Virus record (IMG/VR): IMGVR_UViG_3300037502_002993
Location: 62,001-126,000 of that record
Strand: one strand, 5' to 3'
Length of the DNA: 64,000 nt
This document shows, piece after piece, positions 36,481 through 46,219 of the stretch. The notes beneath the pieces were generated by a model that worked only from the letters and a program-made list of their open reading frames with translations, ran no database searches and had not been told where the DNA came from. Position numbers and translations under genes: made by a program. Positions within the stretch are counted from its first letter, which is position 1; each line of letters opens with the position of its first letter.

Positions 36481-36876
36481 ATGCGTGAACTTCACGGCCA
36501 CAAAGTCAATCCCGCCAACGATACCGTGACTATTAAAGTCACTGATGAGCCCGGCCAGGGTGGTGCCAACCACCGTTATGAGATCTCTGGTTTTAATACC
36601 GAGACTAATGCGTCTCGGTTGGACCATGATGGTAACCGTCAGCAAGTCAACCTCCTGTTCCAGAATGGTCCCATTCCTGAGTTCGGCGTCAACGGTATCA
36701 CTCACGAGGTACTGTTGGCCATCCTAATTGACCGTTTGCAGGGTTTCCAGAACGGCCCCTATGCCTGTCGTGAAAACGCCCTTGCGTTAACGAAACTACA
36801 AGAAGCGCAAATGTGGCTCCAGTCCCGCACTCGCGAACGAATGACCAGGGGTGTAGAGGGAACTCACGAAAAATAG
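36481..36876 (+). CDS. tad1: Tad1-like anti-Thoeris/anti-CBASS signal sponge
   Basis: GxGGAxHxY...FQxG...LL.I..DRL..FQ.GP...RENA.ALT...EA.MW...R...R..R.V.GT pattern follows Tad1 along its full length. Confidence 0.8.
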   Translation: MRELHGHKVNPANDTVTIKVTDEPGQGGANHRYEISGFNTETNASRLDHDGNRQQVNLLFQNGPIPEFGVNGITHEVLLAILIDRLQGFQNGPYACRENALALTKLQEAQMWLQSRTRERMTRGVEGTHEK

Positions 36877-37138
36877 GTCCCTTCCAACACGGGAAGGCGC
36901 GAGGTCAGCCAGGCTAGAAGCTGAGGAAAAATTTAAACGCCCTTTTCTAGAATCCTTCTAGATACTCCGACAAACAGACCATTATCATCGTCACGAAAAA
37001 CAACGAACGCCTGGATATTCGCGATACGAACGATGTGGACTTCACGTTTGGCTTCATTAATTCTGATGCGTGGGAGTTCTACGTTGGTGATGACGACCCC
37101 CGTAACAATCGCTGATGCTTACCCATGACGACATACAC

Positions 37139-37158
37139 GCCCTCCCATCCGGGAGGGC
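37139..37158. terminator. Bidirectional terminator hairpin
   Basis: GCCCTCCC-atcc-GGGAGGGC between convergent genes. Confidence 0.55.
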
Positions 37159-37170
37159 GCTATGCCGCAT

Positions 37171-37536
37171 CTAGCGAAAGTCCACAAAGAGCTCCACTTG
37201 TCCTTCAGGGAGTGAGAGGTGAGTGAATGAATCAATGCGCTTGGGTCCTGAGGTATGGAAGGTAATACCGTAATGACGGCCAAACACCTCAAACCAGTGG
37301 GCATTGGTCCATGATGACACATCCCACTGTGGGAGGTGCACACTCAGTAGCTCCCTCAGCTGATGAAGGATACGAGTAACGTCCCGTGATACTATCACCA
37401 GCACTACCCTGTGGGGTGGGTCTTCCTTTACCCGTCCAGTGATGTAGCGGTAGATATCATCCACGATCTGCGGGGTCCCGTAACGAGGACGATAACGATC
37501 AGCTTGATTCACGACGGTACTCCTTAGTACCCTCAC
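37171..37536 (-). CDS. Hypothetical protein
   Basis: 121-aa ORF downstream of portal. Confidence 0.5.
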   Translation of the reverse strand: MRVLRSTVVNQADRYRPRYGTPQIVDDIYRYITGRVKEDPPHRVVLVIVSRDVTRILHQLRELLSVHLPQWDVSSWTNAHWFEVFGRHYGITFHTSGPKRIDSFTHLSLPEGQVELFVDFR

Positions 37537-37554
37537 TTCAGTGAGGGCAATGTA

Positions 37555-40221
37555 TCAGGGTTTGGTTTCGTCATCCGTGTCGTCACCGGATTCCTCTTCA
37601 CCAGATTCCTCATCACCACTCTCTTCCTCTGGTGTTTCGTCCTCCTCTAGCTCACCGCCCTCCTCAGATTCCCCTTCCTCATCAAAAGAGACGTCGTCAT
37701 CGGCAACGTCTTCCTCCGGAGTGTCGTCATCCATACCGGCGGTATCGGAGAAGTCGTCACCACCCCCTGCGGCTTCTTCAAGCTTGGCTTTCTCCTCCTC
37801 CCATTTCTTACGCCGCTTGTCTACCGATTTCAGGTACTTCTGAATGGCCTTACCCACCGACCCCATCAGTCCATCCTGAATCTCCAACAGGTTAAAGCCC
37901 GGACGGGTAGGGCCTTCCATCTCAGTGAGCTGGGTCAGTTCAGGGAGGATGTTATTCTTCTCCATCCAGACCCGCATGTAGTAGCTACGGATTACCGCAA
38001 TGACGTTACGCACGGCGTCGGGTTCTGCGGCAAGCATCTCCGGTGTGAAAAGGTCTTCAGTGATGTGGGATTCCAACGCCCGGTCAAGCAGTTGGGCATG
38101 CTGTTCCAGTGCTACGAACTGAGCATCCTCTTTGGTGGTATCTGGAGACGGTAGAGAAAGTTCAATGGCATCAATAAATCCATCAATCAACTCTTCCCCG
38201 TCACCCTCCTGAGTAAAGACTTTACGCTGCTCTGGCGTCAGTTTGGTCTTATGCTCCTCTAAGGTCTTGGTAAGACTCTCCATGAGGATAGACGAATGCC
38301 GGATATAGAGCCGAACGAACTTTGTCAACCATTGACAGAACTGCTTCTGGCGCCGAATCACTCGACGGGCCAGCATCAGGTTATTATTGACCACTGAAGT
38401 AGCGAAGTCGGGAGACTGGGTGGGGTCTACCTGCTCAGGATTGAGCCCGTAAGATGAGATCTGCATGCGCCTTAAGCGGTCTTCAAGCTCAGGGTTTCCT
38501 GCCTGCACGTTAGTGGTGTAATCATCAAACTCCACTTTCGTGTTTGGGTAGTTATCCCCTTCTATGTTGATCTGAAAATCATACCCGGCTCGGTGCAGAT
38601 AATCCAATGTCTGACCTGGATCAGGACTTGCCAGTGGGAAGCCACGTGCAGAGGACTCAAGGATCAGGTTCTGGATGTCACTGATGTCTTTCTCAGGATC
38701 AAGCGAGTCAGCATCGGGACTAATGGAGACCCGCTTACGCCCAATGGCATTGCGCACCCCACTCATGGTGTCAGCAAACAGCAGCACACTGCGCATGGAG
38801 GCGATGATTTCCGTACGGGTCACCAGTGAGCGACCAATCCCGAACTGACTGTAGTCATACGCCATATAAACCACGAGTTCTTCCGGGATATAGATCAGTT
38901 GGGTCTGCTGTGCTTTCAATGCCCGGTAGAGCATGATCTCCTGGATCGCTTCCGTCATCCCCAGCGAGAACTCTTCCCGGTAGAGTCCGTTGCGCAGACG
39001 GTTCAGTAAGTCATTCTCCAGGATTTTAGAGTAGGCATTATTGATCTGCTCAATATCCATGTCACGGTTTCGTGTGACGCCACCAAACGCCTCTCGCGCT
39101 AGCTTAACAATATCACTGGCGTTATCGTTACCCGTCCCTTGATAGGTAGAGCGGATCTCATTGTAGTAATCCCGTGACCCATCCCGTACAACAGGGCGTG
39201 AGTTCTCATCCAGGAGAAGGAAGTACCCAACATGATCTTCCGGCTGTCCCGGAGTAAAGACCGGAATCACGGACTCTACGGGAAGCTTCATTACCAGGGG
39301 GTGCCCCACTGAGGGTCGGGACATGTACTCTTGGGGAACCACGGTGTGCGTGGGGGTGTTCGGGTGGTCCTTGTGATAGAGCTTATCGATCTCCTCAGGG
39401 GACAGACCTTTTGCCTGTGATTCTAGCCCCACAGACTGTAACTTCCGATTGTGTGCGGTAATGGTCTGAGAGATTACCTTTCCCCTCAGGCGCTTACGCA
39501 TGTTCGGGACTTTAAGGGTTTCGAAGTTATCAGAAACACGCAGGTGGGGAATGACATGGGACTTCCCCTCTCCTGAGTTCACTCTCACTCGCTCATCGTA
39601 ACGCTGGGTGTCGCTATAATGCTCCATCCCAACCCCAGGCGTTATCGAACTGCCAAGCAGCCCCAATGGCTGTCCTTTCTCAAAGCGTTGGATCACATGA
39701 CCAAATGCCTCGGTGCTCACATGTCGTGATCCAGCGTTAATGATCATATCGAGGTTGTTTTCAGGTAGGACGGCTTGAATGTAGGCCCCTTTCGTGAAAA
39801 GAATCTCGGTGAGCATGGCATCAAGTTTCTCATCAATGCGATACTCTTTCTTGAAATGGGTTTTCACCACTTCAAGAAAAGGACCGGCAATCTCTGAGTG
39901 GTACTCTCCCTCACGAATGGCAAAGCCGACATCAGCGGTGGAAAGATCCTTAGGGGAGAGGATACTTCCCACTAAGACCTGCTCTGCCAATTCAATATCA
40001 GGTAAGAGCTGATAAATGCCATCAATACTGGCCAGCTTCTGTCCCGTTTCTTTAGAGAGTCCTTCAAAAAGATCCTTACTGATATTAACCCGTCTGGCCT
40101 CAGCGGGCGCCTTGGGGTCATGGGGATCAACGGTAAGCTTTGACAGTAGGGCTTTGGTACTTTCTGGGGTTTTGCGCTCTACACTCAACCGACTGAATTG
40201 GCGCGTGGGTTTGCGGGCCAT
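37555..40221 (-). CDS. Portal protein (phiKZ gp129-like)
   Basis: 888 aa with IYQLLPDIELA..VLVGSILSPKD, PVESVIPV and an acidic C-terminal tail. Divergent from a large virion gene, as in phiKZ-like phages. Confidence 0.8.
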   Translation of the reverse strand: MARKPTRQFSRLSVERKTPESTKALLSKLTVDPHDPKAPAEARRVNISKDLFEGLSKETGQKLASIDGIYQLLPDIELAEQVLVGSILSPKDLSTADVGFAIREGEYHSEIAGPFLEVVKTHFKKEYRIDEKLDAMLTEILFTKGAYIQAVLPENNLDMIINAGSRHVSTEAFGHVIQRFEKGQPLGLLGSSITPGVGMEHYSDTQRYDERVRVNSGEGKSHVIPHLRVSDNFETLKVPNMRKRLRGKVISQTITAHNRKLQSVGLESQAKGLSPEEIDKLYHKDHPNTPTHTVVPQEYMSRPSVGHPLVMKLPVESVIPVFTPGQPEDHVGYFLLLDENSRPVVRDGSRDYYNEIRSTYQGTGNDNASDIVKLAREAFGGVTRNRDMDIEQINNAYSKILENDLLNRLRNGLYREEFSLGMTEAIQEIMLYRALKAQQTQLIYIPEELVVYMAYDYSQFGIGRSLVTRTEIIASMRSVLLFADTMSGVRNAIGRKRVSISPDADSLDPEKDISDIQNLILESSARGFPLASPDPGQTLDYLHRAGYDFQINIEGDNYPNTKVEFDDYTTNVQAGNPELEDRLRRMQISSYGLNPEQVDPTQSPDFATSVVNNNLMLARRVIRRQKQFCQWLTKFVRLYIRHSSILMESLTKTLEEHKTKLTPEQRKVFTQEGDGEELIDGFIDAIELSLPSPDTTKEDAQFVALEQHAQLLDRALESHITEDLFTPEMLAAEPDAVRNVIAVIRSYYMRVWMEKNNILPELTQLTEMEGPTRPGFNLLEIQDGLMGSVGKAIQKYLKSVDKRRKKWEEEKAKLEEAAGGGDDFSDTAGMDDDTPEEDVADDDVSFDEEGESEEGGELEEDETPEEESGDEESGEEESGDDTDDETKP

Positions 40222-40257
40222 AATCTCATCAACTCCTACAGGACTTTGGGGTGCGTC

Positions 40258-42399
40258 ATGCGCAACGTGTTTTACGAACTATATCGAGAAGAAATCCTCG
40301 CCTTGGCGAACTCCATGGTGATCAAGTGCGATGCCATCGCCCAGACGCTTAATCGAGAACTCACTCTACAGGGGCATGCCATTGAAGATGATCCCATTCA
40401 TTGGAAATACTATCTGAACCTCAGTGGTGACTACCACCCCACTGACACCAAGATGACAGTGATCAGTGTAGACACCCTAGAAGAGATCATTTTCAATAAG
40501 ACCAACCTTCAAATTCACCGAGCCACGTTTCGAGAATACCGGTTAGGTGAGCCTCTCTATGAGCAGTTAGTACGCCGCTATCCCCATCAGGTGGATTTGA
40601 TACGGGGTATCTTAAACCCGGTGGACATTCAAAAAGCCATTGCGGCTCGGGATGGGGACATTCTGACTTATGAACCCACCTTGATTGAACCCAATGAAGA
40701 ATCACTGTTAGGGTCTCTACAACGTTGGGTGAGACAGTTCTTCTTACGGTGGTATAATGTCCAATATGTCTTAACGGACGATCTTTATATTCCCGCCTTT
40801 TGGGGACTGCTCTATCTCCATCTACCCAATGCGATTCAACAAGCGCGTCTGCGCTCGACTCGCTCCGATGAAGCCCATTCATTCCATGTAAGGGAGTATC
40901 TAGCGTCTAACGGCGGCCTGGATCGTTATCTGCCTTACCTGAACACCCGCCAGCGCATGTGGCTGTATAAGAACTTACGCTACCTGCAACGTCACGTGGG
41001 ACAGCAGCGCATCTTTGACAGCGTAGTGAAGCACATTATCCTGGATCGGCGTTTTCCGCTGCAGGCCTATCGCATCGAACAGGACACGTCCCCTCAACCG
41101 GACGCGATCTACCCCGATGTCGATATGATGAAGGTGCCATTAGGCAATACCTTCATTGAACCTGACAACATGACGAGTTCCGTCTATACAATCCTTTCGC
41201 GGCAGGCAACGATTGCCCGGGATAATAGCCGAGTGATTCATGACGCGGAAGTGGAAACCACGCGACTGGCTTCTCACGGACAGTTCAGTCAGCTTCCCAC
41301 TAAGGTAGTGGAGTCAGAGGTGGTCGATCGATCTACCTCATCGGTGAGGAGTCTTGAGCACGTCAAGATCAATCACTGGCTTTATTTAGCGACCCACCAG
41401 CGCTATAACACCTTTATCTCCATTACCCACCCGGGCAGTGGCGAGATCATGAGTGTCACTGTACGCGAAGCGTTTGTGATTGCCTTGTACTGCTTCTACC
41501 GCATGCAGGACATCCCGATCATGGACTCCGTACCAAGGGTGATAGCATATGACGTATTAAGAACGCCTCTACCTACGTATCATGAGCTTTCATCGATCGT
41601 TGATGTGGATGCCCTACAGCCTGGATTGATCCAAGCGATTATGGACCGCGTAACACCCATTGGGCAATGGCAGACGGTGGACGAGTTCCATGAGGGATGC
41701 ATCCGTCTTCATCAAGAGTATTTAGCCCTGTGGGAGCTACATGCCTTCCAGACCCGTATGCTGCAGGAGGGTTACACCCAGCAATTGGTGAAACGCCACT
41801 TCATGCACATTAAGTGTTCGCTGACAGAAGAGGTAGTGAGCTTTGAGCAATGGTTCACTGAGCGTGGCTATGGGATTGAGCATCTAAGCAACATTGAACT
41901 TGAACAGCTCTTCATTGACGTCGTAGCGGCTGCCACAGGGAGTGATTTGAGCAATACCCAATCGCTGGCTGAGATTCACCGCGCCTTGATCTCACTGACC
42001 AATCAGCTCACGAGCTACACCACACAATTCATCAGTACCATCAACGACGACAGCTACTGGTATCTAGCATGGAAGCGTCCGCGTATCGGTGATATCCGTC
42101 AAAGCACCTACGGGTATTCTGAGGTGCCGATTAAGTCCCTCACTGTTTTACGGCTCAAAGGACAGAGTGCTCAGCAAATCAATATCCAGGAAAGTCATGT
42201 CAGTGACGTTCGCGTAAGTGCTCAGACCGCAGCCCGGGTATGTCTACCCACGCGGCTTCAATATCGCCTACAGCGGCAGGACTTTGGTACGGCACGCGTC
42301 AGCCTGCGTTCTGTTGGTCTGAGAGGGTTCTCATTTGAGATACTCGGAGACCCTCCCGAAAGTAACGATTTAGGATTCTATCACCCTCCTGAAGATTAA
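40258..42399 (+). CDS. Virion structural protein (phiKZ gp128-like position)
   Basis: WKYYLNLSGDYH and HSFHVREYLAS motifs. Start moved to MRNVFYELY to avoid overlapping portal. Confidence 0.7.
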   Translation: MRNVFYELYREEILALANSMVIKCDAIAQTLNRELTLQGHAIEDDPIHWKYYLNLSGDYHPTDTKMTVISVDTLEEIIFNKTNLQIHRATFREYRLGEPLYEQLVRRYPHQVDLIRGILNPVDIQKAIAARDGDILTYEPTLIEPNEESLLGSLQRWVRQFFLRWYNVQYVLTDDLYIPAFWGLLYLHLPNAIQQARLRSTRSDEAHSFHVREYLASNGGLDRYLPYLNTRQRMWLYKNLRYLQRHVGQQRIFDSVVKHIILDRRFPLQAYRIEQDTSPQPDAIYPDVDMMKVPLGNTFIEPDNMTSSVYTILSRQATIARDNSRVIHDAEVETTRLASHGQFSQLPTKVVESEVVDRSTSSVRSLEHVKINHWLYLATHQRYNTFISITHPGSGEIMSVTVREAFVIALYCFYRMQDIPIMDSVPRVIAYDVLRTPLPTYHELSSIVDVDALQPGLIQAIMDRVTPIGQWQTVDEFHEGCIRLHQEYLALWELHAFQTRMLQEGYTQQLVKRHFMHIKCSLTEEVVSFEQWFTERGYGIEHLSNIELEQLFIDVVAAATGSDLSNTQSLAEIHRALISLTNQLTSYTTQFISTINDDSYWYLAWKRPRIGDIRQSTYGYSEVPIKSLTVLRLKGQSAQQINIQESHVSDVRVSAQTAARVCLPTRLQYRLQRQDFGTARVSLRSVGLRGFSFEILGDPPESNDLGFYHPPED

Positions 42400-42417
42400 G
42401 GAGAACTGAGGTGTAAC

Positions 42418-42957
42418 ATGGATACACAGGAACTGCACCACGATCGGGAGTTGCAGTTGGGGTACTTACGTCTCTCACCGTGGGAAGCGTTTATTGCAAT
42501 GGTCAATGATCAGTACCACTACGGTCTCTTCCCCGAAACCACCACTCTGGTTGATCGCGAATCACTGGACAACGGCCGGTTAGAGATCACCATCGCTGTC
42601 CAGCGCTCAAAAAGGCTATCGAACCTCCTTCCTCCATTTGAACAAGCAACCTTTGTGTTGAACCGTTTGCATCTGGGGGAGTACTTCAACTCCCCCGTGC
42701 AGTTTTTCCGTAGTCAGTTACCAGAGGTTGGTTTTAGGCGCTCTGATCTACTAGATGTGATCTTTGCCACCGAAGGGAACTCCGTCTATCGTGACATCTC
42801 TGACATTGAAGATGAGTGGGTAATTCGTGATGAGGTCAGTGCCTTAACGCAGCACGTCATCGAGGCCCACCCACTCTCCCTTCGTTGGGTAGGTAGTGTG
42901 CGGGCAGATGTGGTGGGGTTTGGTGGTTCCCGGGTCCCCTTCACTGTAGTGATGTAA
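42418..42957 (+). CDS. Probable virion protein
   Basis: 179 aa with AGGAG RBS; co-transcribed with the preceding gene. Confidence 0.6.
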   Translation: MDTQELHHDRELQLGYLRLSPWEAFIAMVNDQYHYGLFPETTTLVDRESLDNGRLEITIAVQRSKRLSNLLPPFEQATFVLNRLHLGEYFNSPVQFFRSQLPEVGFRRSDLLDVIFATEGNSVYRDISDIEDEWVIRDEVSALTQHVIEAHPLSLRWVGSVRADVVGFGGSRVPFTVVM

Positions 42958-42971
42958 ACACTACGACATAG

Positions 42972-42991
42972 CGCCAGCCCTAAGGCTGGCG
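42972..42991. terminator. Terminator hairpin
   Basis: CGCCAGCC-ctaa-GGCTGGCG followed by TTTT. Confidence 0.6.
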
Positions 42992-43063
42992 TTTTATGTT
43001 GTCTGCTGCATTAGATACCATATACAAATAAAAAAAAGGAGCCCTAGTGGGCTCCTTTTTATG

Positions 43064-43462
43064 TTAATTGACCACAACGCCTTCATCGTTAACCCAGTCA
43101 CCCAACACCGGATCATAGGCAATGCCGAGTTGTTGTCCCAAAAAGGCTTCAAGCCCCATTGGCGTCACGGCTTTATCGTTGACCTCAGTACCAGGTACCA
43201 TGTCCTCAACGCTGGCAGCGCTAACACCACCCCCGCCTTCACCTGGCTCAAAATCCGCCAGGGCAGTTTGAATGGCTTGTTGAACAATCGCTTCAACATC
43301 GGGAAGGTTGGGAATTGAGTGACCACCTGGCTTTTCTCCGTCATGCAGACGAATGCGCCAGTTATTGGTGTCAATTGTCATCTCACCGGCCGGGCCGACG
43401 TAGATGTTGTTAGCGGCTTCCGATCCTCTCAGAAACCGTACGCGAAAACCCGCCATATCCAT
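43064..43462 (-). CDS. Small tail-fibre-associated protein with Mtd_N-like domain
   Basis: RFLRGS....YVGPAGEMTIDT...IRLHDGEKPGGH matches the Mtd N-terminal pattern. Confidence 0.65.
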   Translation of the reverse strand: MDMAGFRVRFLRGSEAANNIYVGPAGEMTIDTNNWRIRLHDGEKPGGHSIPNLPDVEAIVQQAIQTALADFEPGEGGGGVSAASVEDMVPGTEVNDKAVTPMGLEAFLGQQLGIAYDPVLGDWVNDEGVVVN

Positions 43463-43519
43463 TCACCTCTTGCTAAGGGGGCGGGAATCCCGCCCCCGGT
43501 TCATGTAGTACCGTTTGGA

Positions 43520-44521
43520 TTAGGCAGCGGCCGGCGTGTACAGATACTGGACTTGTACCTGGAAGCCATCCCACTCGTCCACTTCGTCGGTCTCGACAGT
43601 GAATTCATTGTCGTTGACAGTAGCGGCGAGGGTGGCATCGTAAGCCACGGTACCATCGGTATCGGTGAAGAAGTAACGAACAGTCGCGTGATTCATGATG
43701 CCGCCGATACCGCCCTTCGGCGGATGGGTAAGGGTGATGGTGGAACCACTCACGGTGAGAGTTTCCAACAGCGGTACGGCACCGCCATTCCGGGCGGCCT
43801 CATCGGCGTAGGCCTTCACAGCCGCGGCAGAAGGGGCGTTGTCAGTGGGGGCGGAAGCCTCCAAATCTTGTTCCAGTCCAGCCTTGAGTACCGCATCATC
43901 CAGATCGATCCCCTGGGTGACGGTAATGAAATCCACCTTGGCCTTATGGGCGTCAGTGAAGGCATTGGTGTTTTCGTTGGACTCATAGGCCTCTTTGATA
44001 GAGAGGGCGCTGATGGAGTGCTCAAGGGCGTCCTGGTCGGAGAGCTTGATCCAGTCTGTGACCACACCGTCTTCGATAGCGTAGGGCTTGTACATCGCCC
44101 ACTTACCATCACCGTCGTCCGCCACAAAGATACGGTCAGCAGGATCGAGGTTCTCCAGGGCGTCACGCTCGGTGATGTCAGCGACGTTGTAGTTGGTGCC
44201 GAGGGCCAGCCCTGCGTCCAGAATGGCCTGGTCAACCTCTTCGGTGGAGTAAACGTCGATATTGGTGCGCGCTTGCTCGACATTGTCCAGGTCTGCCAGG
44301 TTCTGGGAAATCTGGAGGGCGGCCTCAGAGCCGCTCTGTGCGCTGCCCAGGACCTCGTTAATGGCACCCACTAGGGTAGCCTTCTCCTCGGTGAGAAGTT
44401 CGCTCAGATCGCCGTCTGCGGCGGCACGCGCCTGGGATTCCGAAGAGATGTCGTTGGCGAGCTGCTGAAGGGTCAGGTTCAGACCCAGGATGGTGTTCTT
44501 ACTGCGCTTAATAATAGCCAT
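43520..44521 (-). CDS. Acidic tail-fibre/virion protein (paralogue 1)
   Basis: ISQNLADL repeat; alignable over its full length with 44582-45637. Confidence 0.65.
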   Translation of the reverse strand: MAIIKRSKNTILGLNLTLQQLANDISSESQARAAADGDLSELLTEEKATLVGAINEVLGSAQSGSEAALQISQNLADLDNVEQARTNIDVYSTEEVDQAILDAGLALGTNYNVADITERDALENLDPADRIFVADDGDGKWAMYKPYAIEDGVVTDWIKLSDQDALEHSISALSIKEAYESNENTNAFTDAHKAKVDFITVTQGIDLDDAVLKAGLEQDLEASAPTDNAPSAAAVKAYADEAARNGGAVPLLETLTVSGSTITLTHPPKGGIGGIMNHATVRYFFTDTDGTVAYDATLAATVNDNEFTVETDEVDEWDGFQVQVQYLYTPAAA

Positions 44522-44581
44522 GATATTCTCCTAACGCACGGGAAGGTGCTTGATTGAGACTGCTTAACCTACGTCTTCTAA

Positions 44582-45637
44582 TCACTCGGGCTCAGGGAGT
44601 TCGCCCTGATCGACATAGCCGTTTTCATCCAACTCCGGCAGGCTTTCCACATCACCGGTATAGAAATACTGCACCATGACTTGCTCACCATCCCACTCGT
44701 CTTCGACGGAAGTGGACACCACGAACTCATTGGGTTCAGCGGTGGCAATGACGGGAGCATCGTAGCTCACATCACTGGCGTTGGTGAAACGGACCGTGCT
44801 GAAGTTATCGATGCCGTGAACACCGTTGCGGGGGGCGTGAGTCAGTGTAATGGTAGAGCCCGCTACCGTCACTGCCTCTCGAGCCAACACCGGACCGCCC
44901 ACTCGTGTGATTTCATCAACATAGGCCACCACGGCGGAGGCGGCGGGAACAGTACCTTCACCCGCACCGATCTCCATCACGTCTTGATTGAGGTCACCCT
45001 TAAGGGCAACGTCGTCCAGGTCCACGGCTTGGGTAACCGTGATATGATCGACTTTCTCTTGATCAGCATCGGTAAAGGCGTTGGTGTCTTCGTTCTCCTC
45101 ATACCGCGCCTTGATTGCGTCAACCGTGATGACGTTTTCCAGACTGGTTTGGCTAGAGAGAAGTCGCCAATCGGTAGCCAGGCCACCTTCAAAAGCAATG
45201 GGCTTATAGGTTGCCCAAGTGCCATCACCGGTATCTTTTACGAACACCCGGTCATTGGTGTTCAGATTAGTCAGGGCATCACGTTCTGTGATATCCTCTA
45301 CTCGGTAATTGGTACCGAGATCCAACTGGGCAGTGGTAATGGCGTCCAGCACGCCTTGGGTTGAGTACACCCCCAGGTTGTTTTGGGCAGTGAGGACGTT
45401 CTCGAGATCAGCCAAGTTCTGACTGATTTGCAGTGCTGCTTCGCCTGCATTGCCGATGCCGGTGAGCGCGGCGTTAATGGCTGCCACCAGACTGGACTTG
45501 TTCTCGCTGGTGAGTTCGGACAACTCACCGTCAGCTGCCCGACGTTCAGCACTGGCCATACCGAGTGAACTGTTCAGGTCCTGCAAGTCATCCTCCAATC
45601 CGAAGATTTGGCGGATGTTACGCCGAATGATGCTCAT
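44582..45637 (-). CDS. Acidic tail-fibre/virion protein (paralogue 2)
   Basis: Tandem paralogue of 43520-44521. Confidence 0.65.
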   Translation of the reverse strand: MSIIRRNIRQIFGLEDDLQDLNSSLGMASAERRAADGELSELTSENKSSLVAAINAALTGIGNAGEAALQISQNLADLENVLTAQNNLGVYSTQGVLDAITTAQLDLGTNYRVEDITERDALTNLNTNDRVFVKDTGDGTWATYKPIAFEGGLATDWRLLSSQTSLENVITVDAIKARYEENEDTNAFTDADQEKVDHITVTQAVDLDDVALKGDLNQDVMEIGAGEGTVPAASAVVAYVDEITRVGGPVLAREAVTVAGSTITLTHAPRNGVHGIDNFSTVRFTNASDVSYDAPVIATAEPNEFVVSTSVEDEWDGEQVMVQYFYTGDVESLPELDENGYVDQGELPEPE

Positions 45638-45693
45638 GGGAAACTCCTTTTTGGGAAATCACCACAATGGAACTCACTGTGGTTCGTCTACAC

Positions 45694-46095
45694 TTATTCC
45701 AAACCCGCGATAAAGGAGACCGTGAGGGTCTCTACTTCCTCGGAGTATTCCAGGAAGTCTTCTTGTTTTAGCTGAACAAAGTGTTTACCTGACTGCTCTA
45801 AGTGGGTGAGTTCTGTCATCTCGACCACTGACCCATCGGATAGAAACACATGCGCCATGTCAAGAAGAAACCCCCCTAGCGGTTTAGAGGGTAGTTCAGC
45901 TTTCCCCTCGTGATCCACAGGGACCTGAGAAGCGGTAACAAGCCCAATGTTGGCGTCTGTGTCAGTAGGGATAAGGTCAGTGAGTTTAAAGCGTACGTTG
46001 GTCCAGAAACCTTCAGGACCTCGTTGAATTGCTTCAACCCACTCCTTTCCTGTTAAAGGACGCCCCTTGGGTAGTTGGGAGATTCTCCTTGCCAT
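45694..46095 (-). CDS. Tail-associated hypothetical protein
   Basis: N-terminal ISQLP..LTG.EW.E.IQ motif. Confidence 0.55.
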   Translation of the reverse strand: MARRISQLPKGRPLTGKEWVEAIQRGPEGFWTNVRFKLTDLIPTDTDANIGLVTASQVPVDHEGKAELPSKPLGGFLLDMAHVFLSDGSVVEMTELTHLEQSGKHFVQLKQEDFLEYSEEVETLTVSFIAGLE

Positions 46096-46219
46096 TGCGG
46101 TGTAACTCCCTATAAGTTAAAAAACAGATGAACGATTTGATGTTGTTATAATGGTGAATTAAATTACATCACTACTCACCTCTTGAAAAGTGGGGGGGTG
46201 TCACCACCCCCCAACTCAC

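Noticed and set aside
36880-37115. Open plus-strand frame after tad1
   Set aside because: No convincing start codon or RBS after the preceding in-frame stop.
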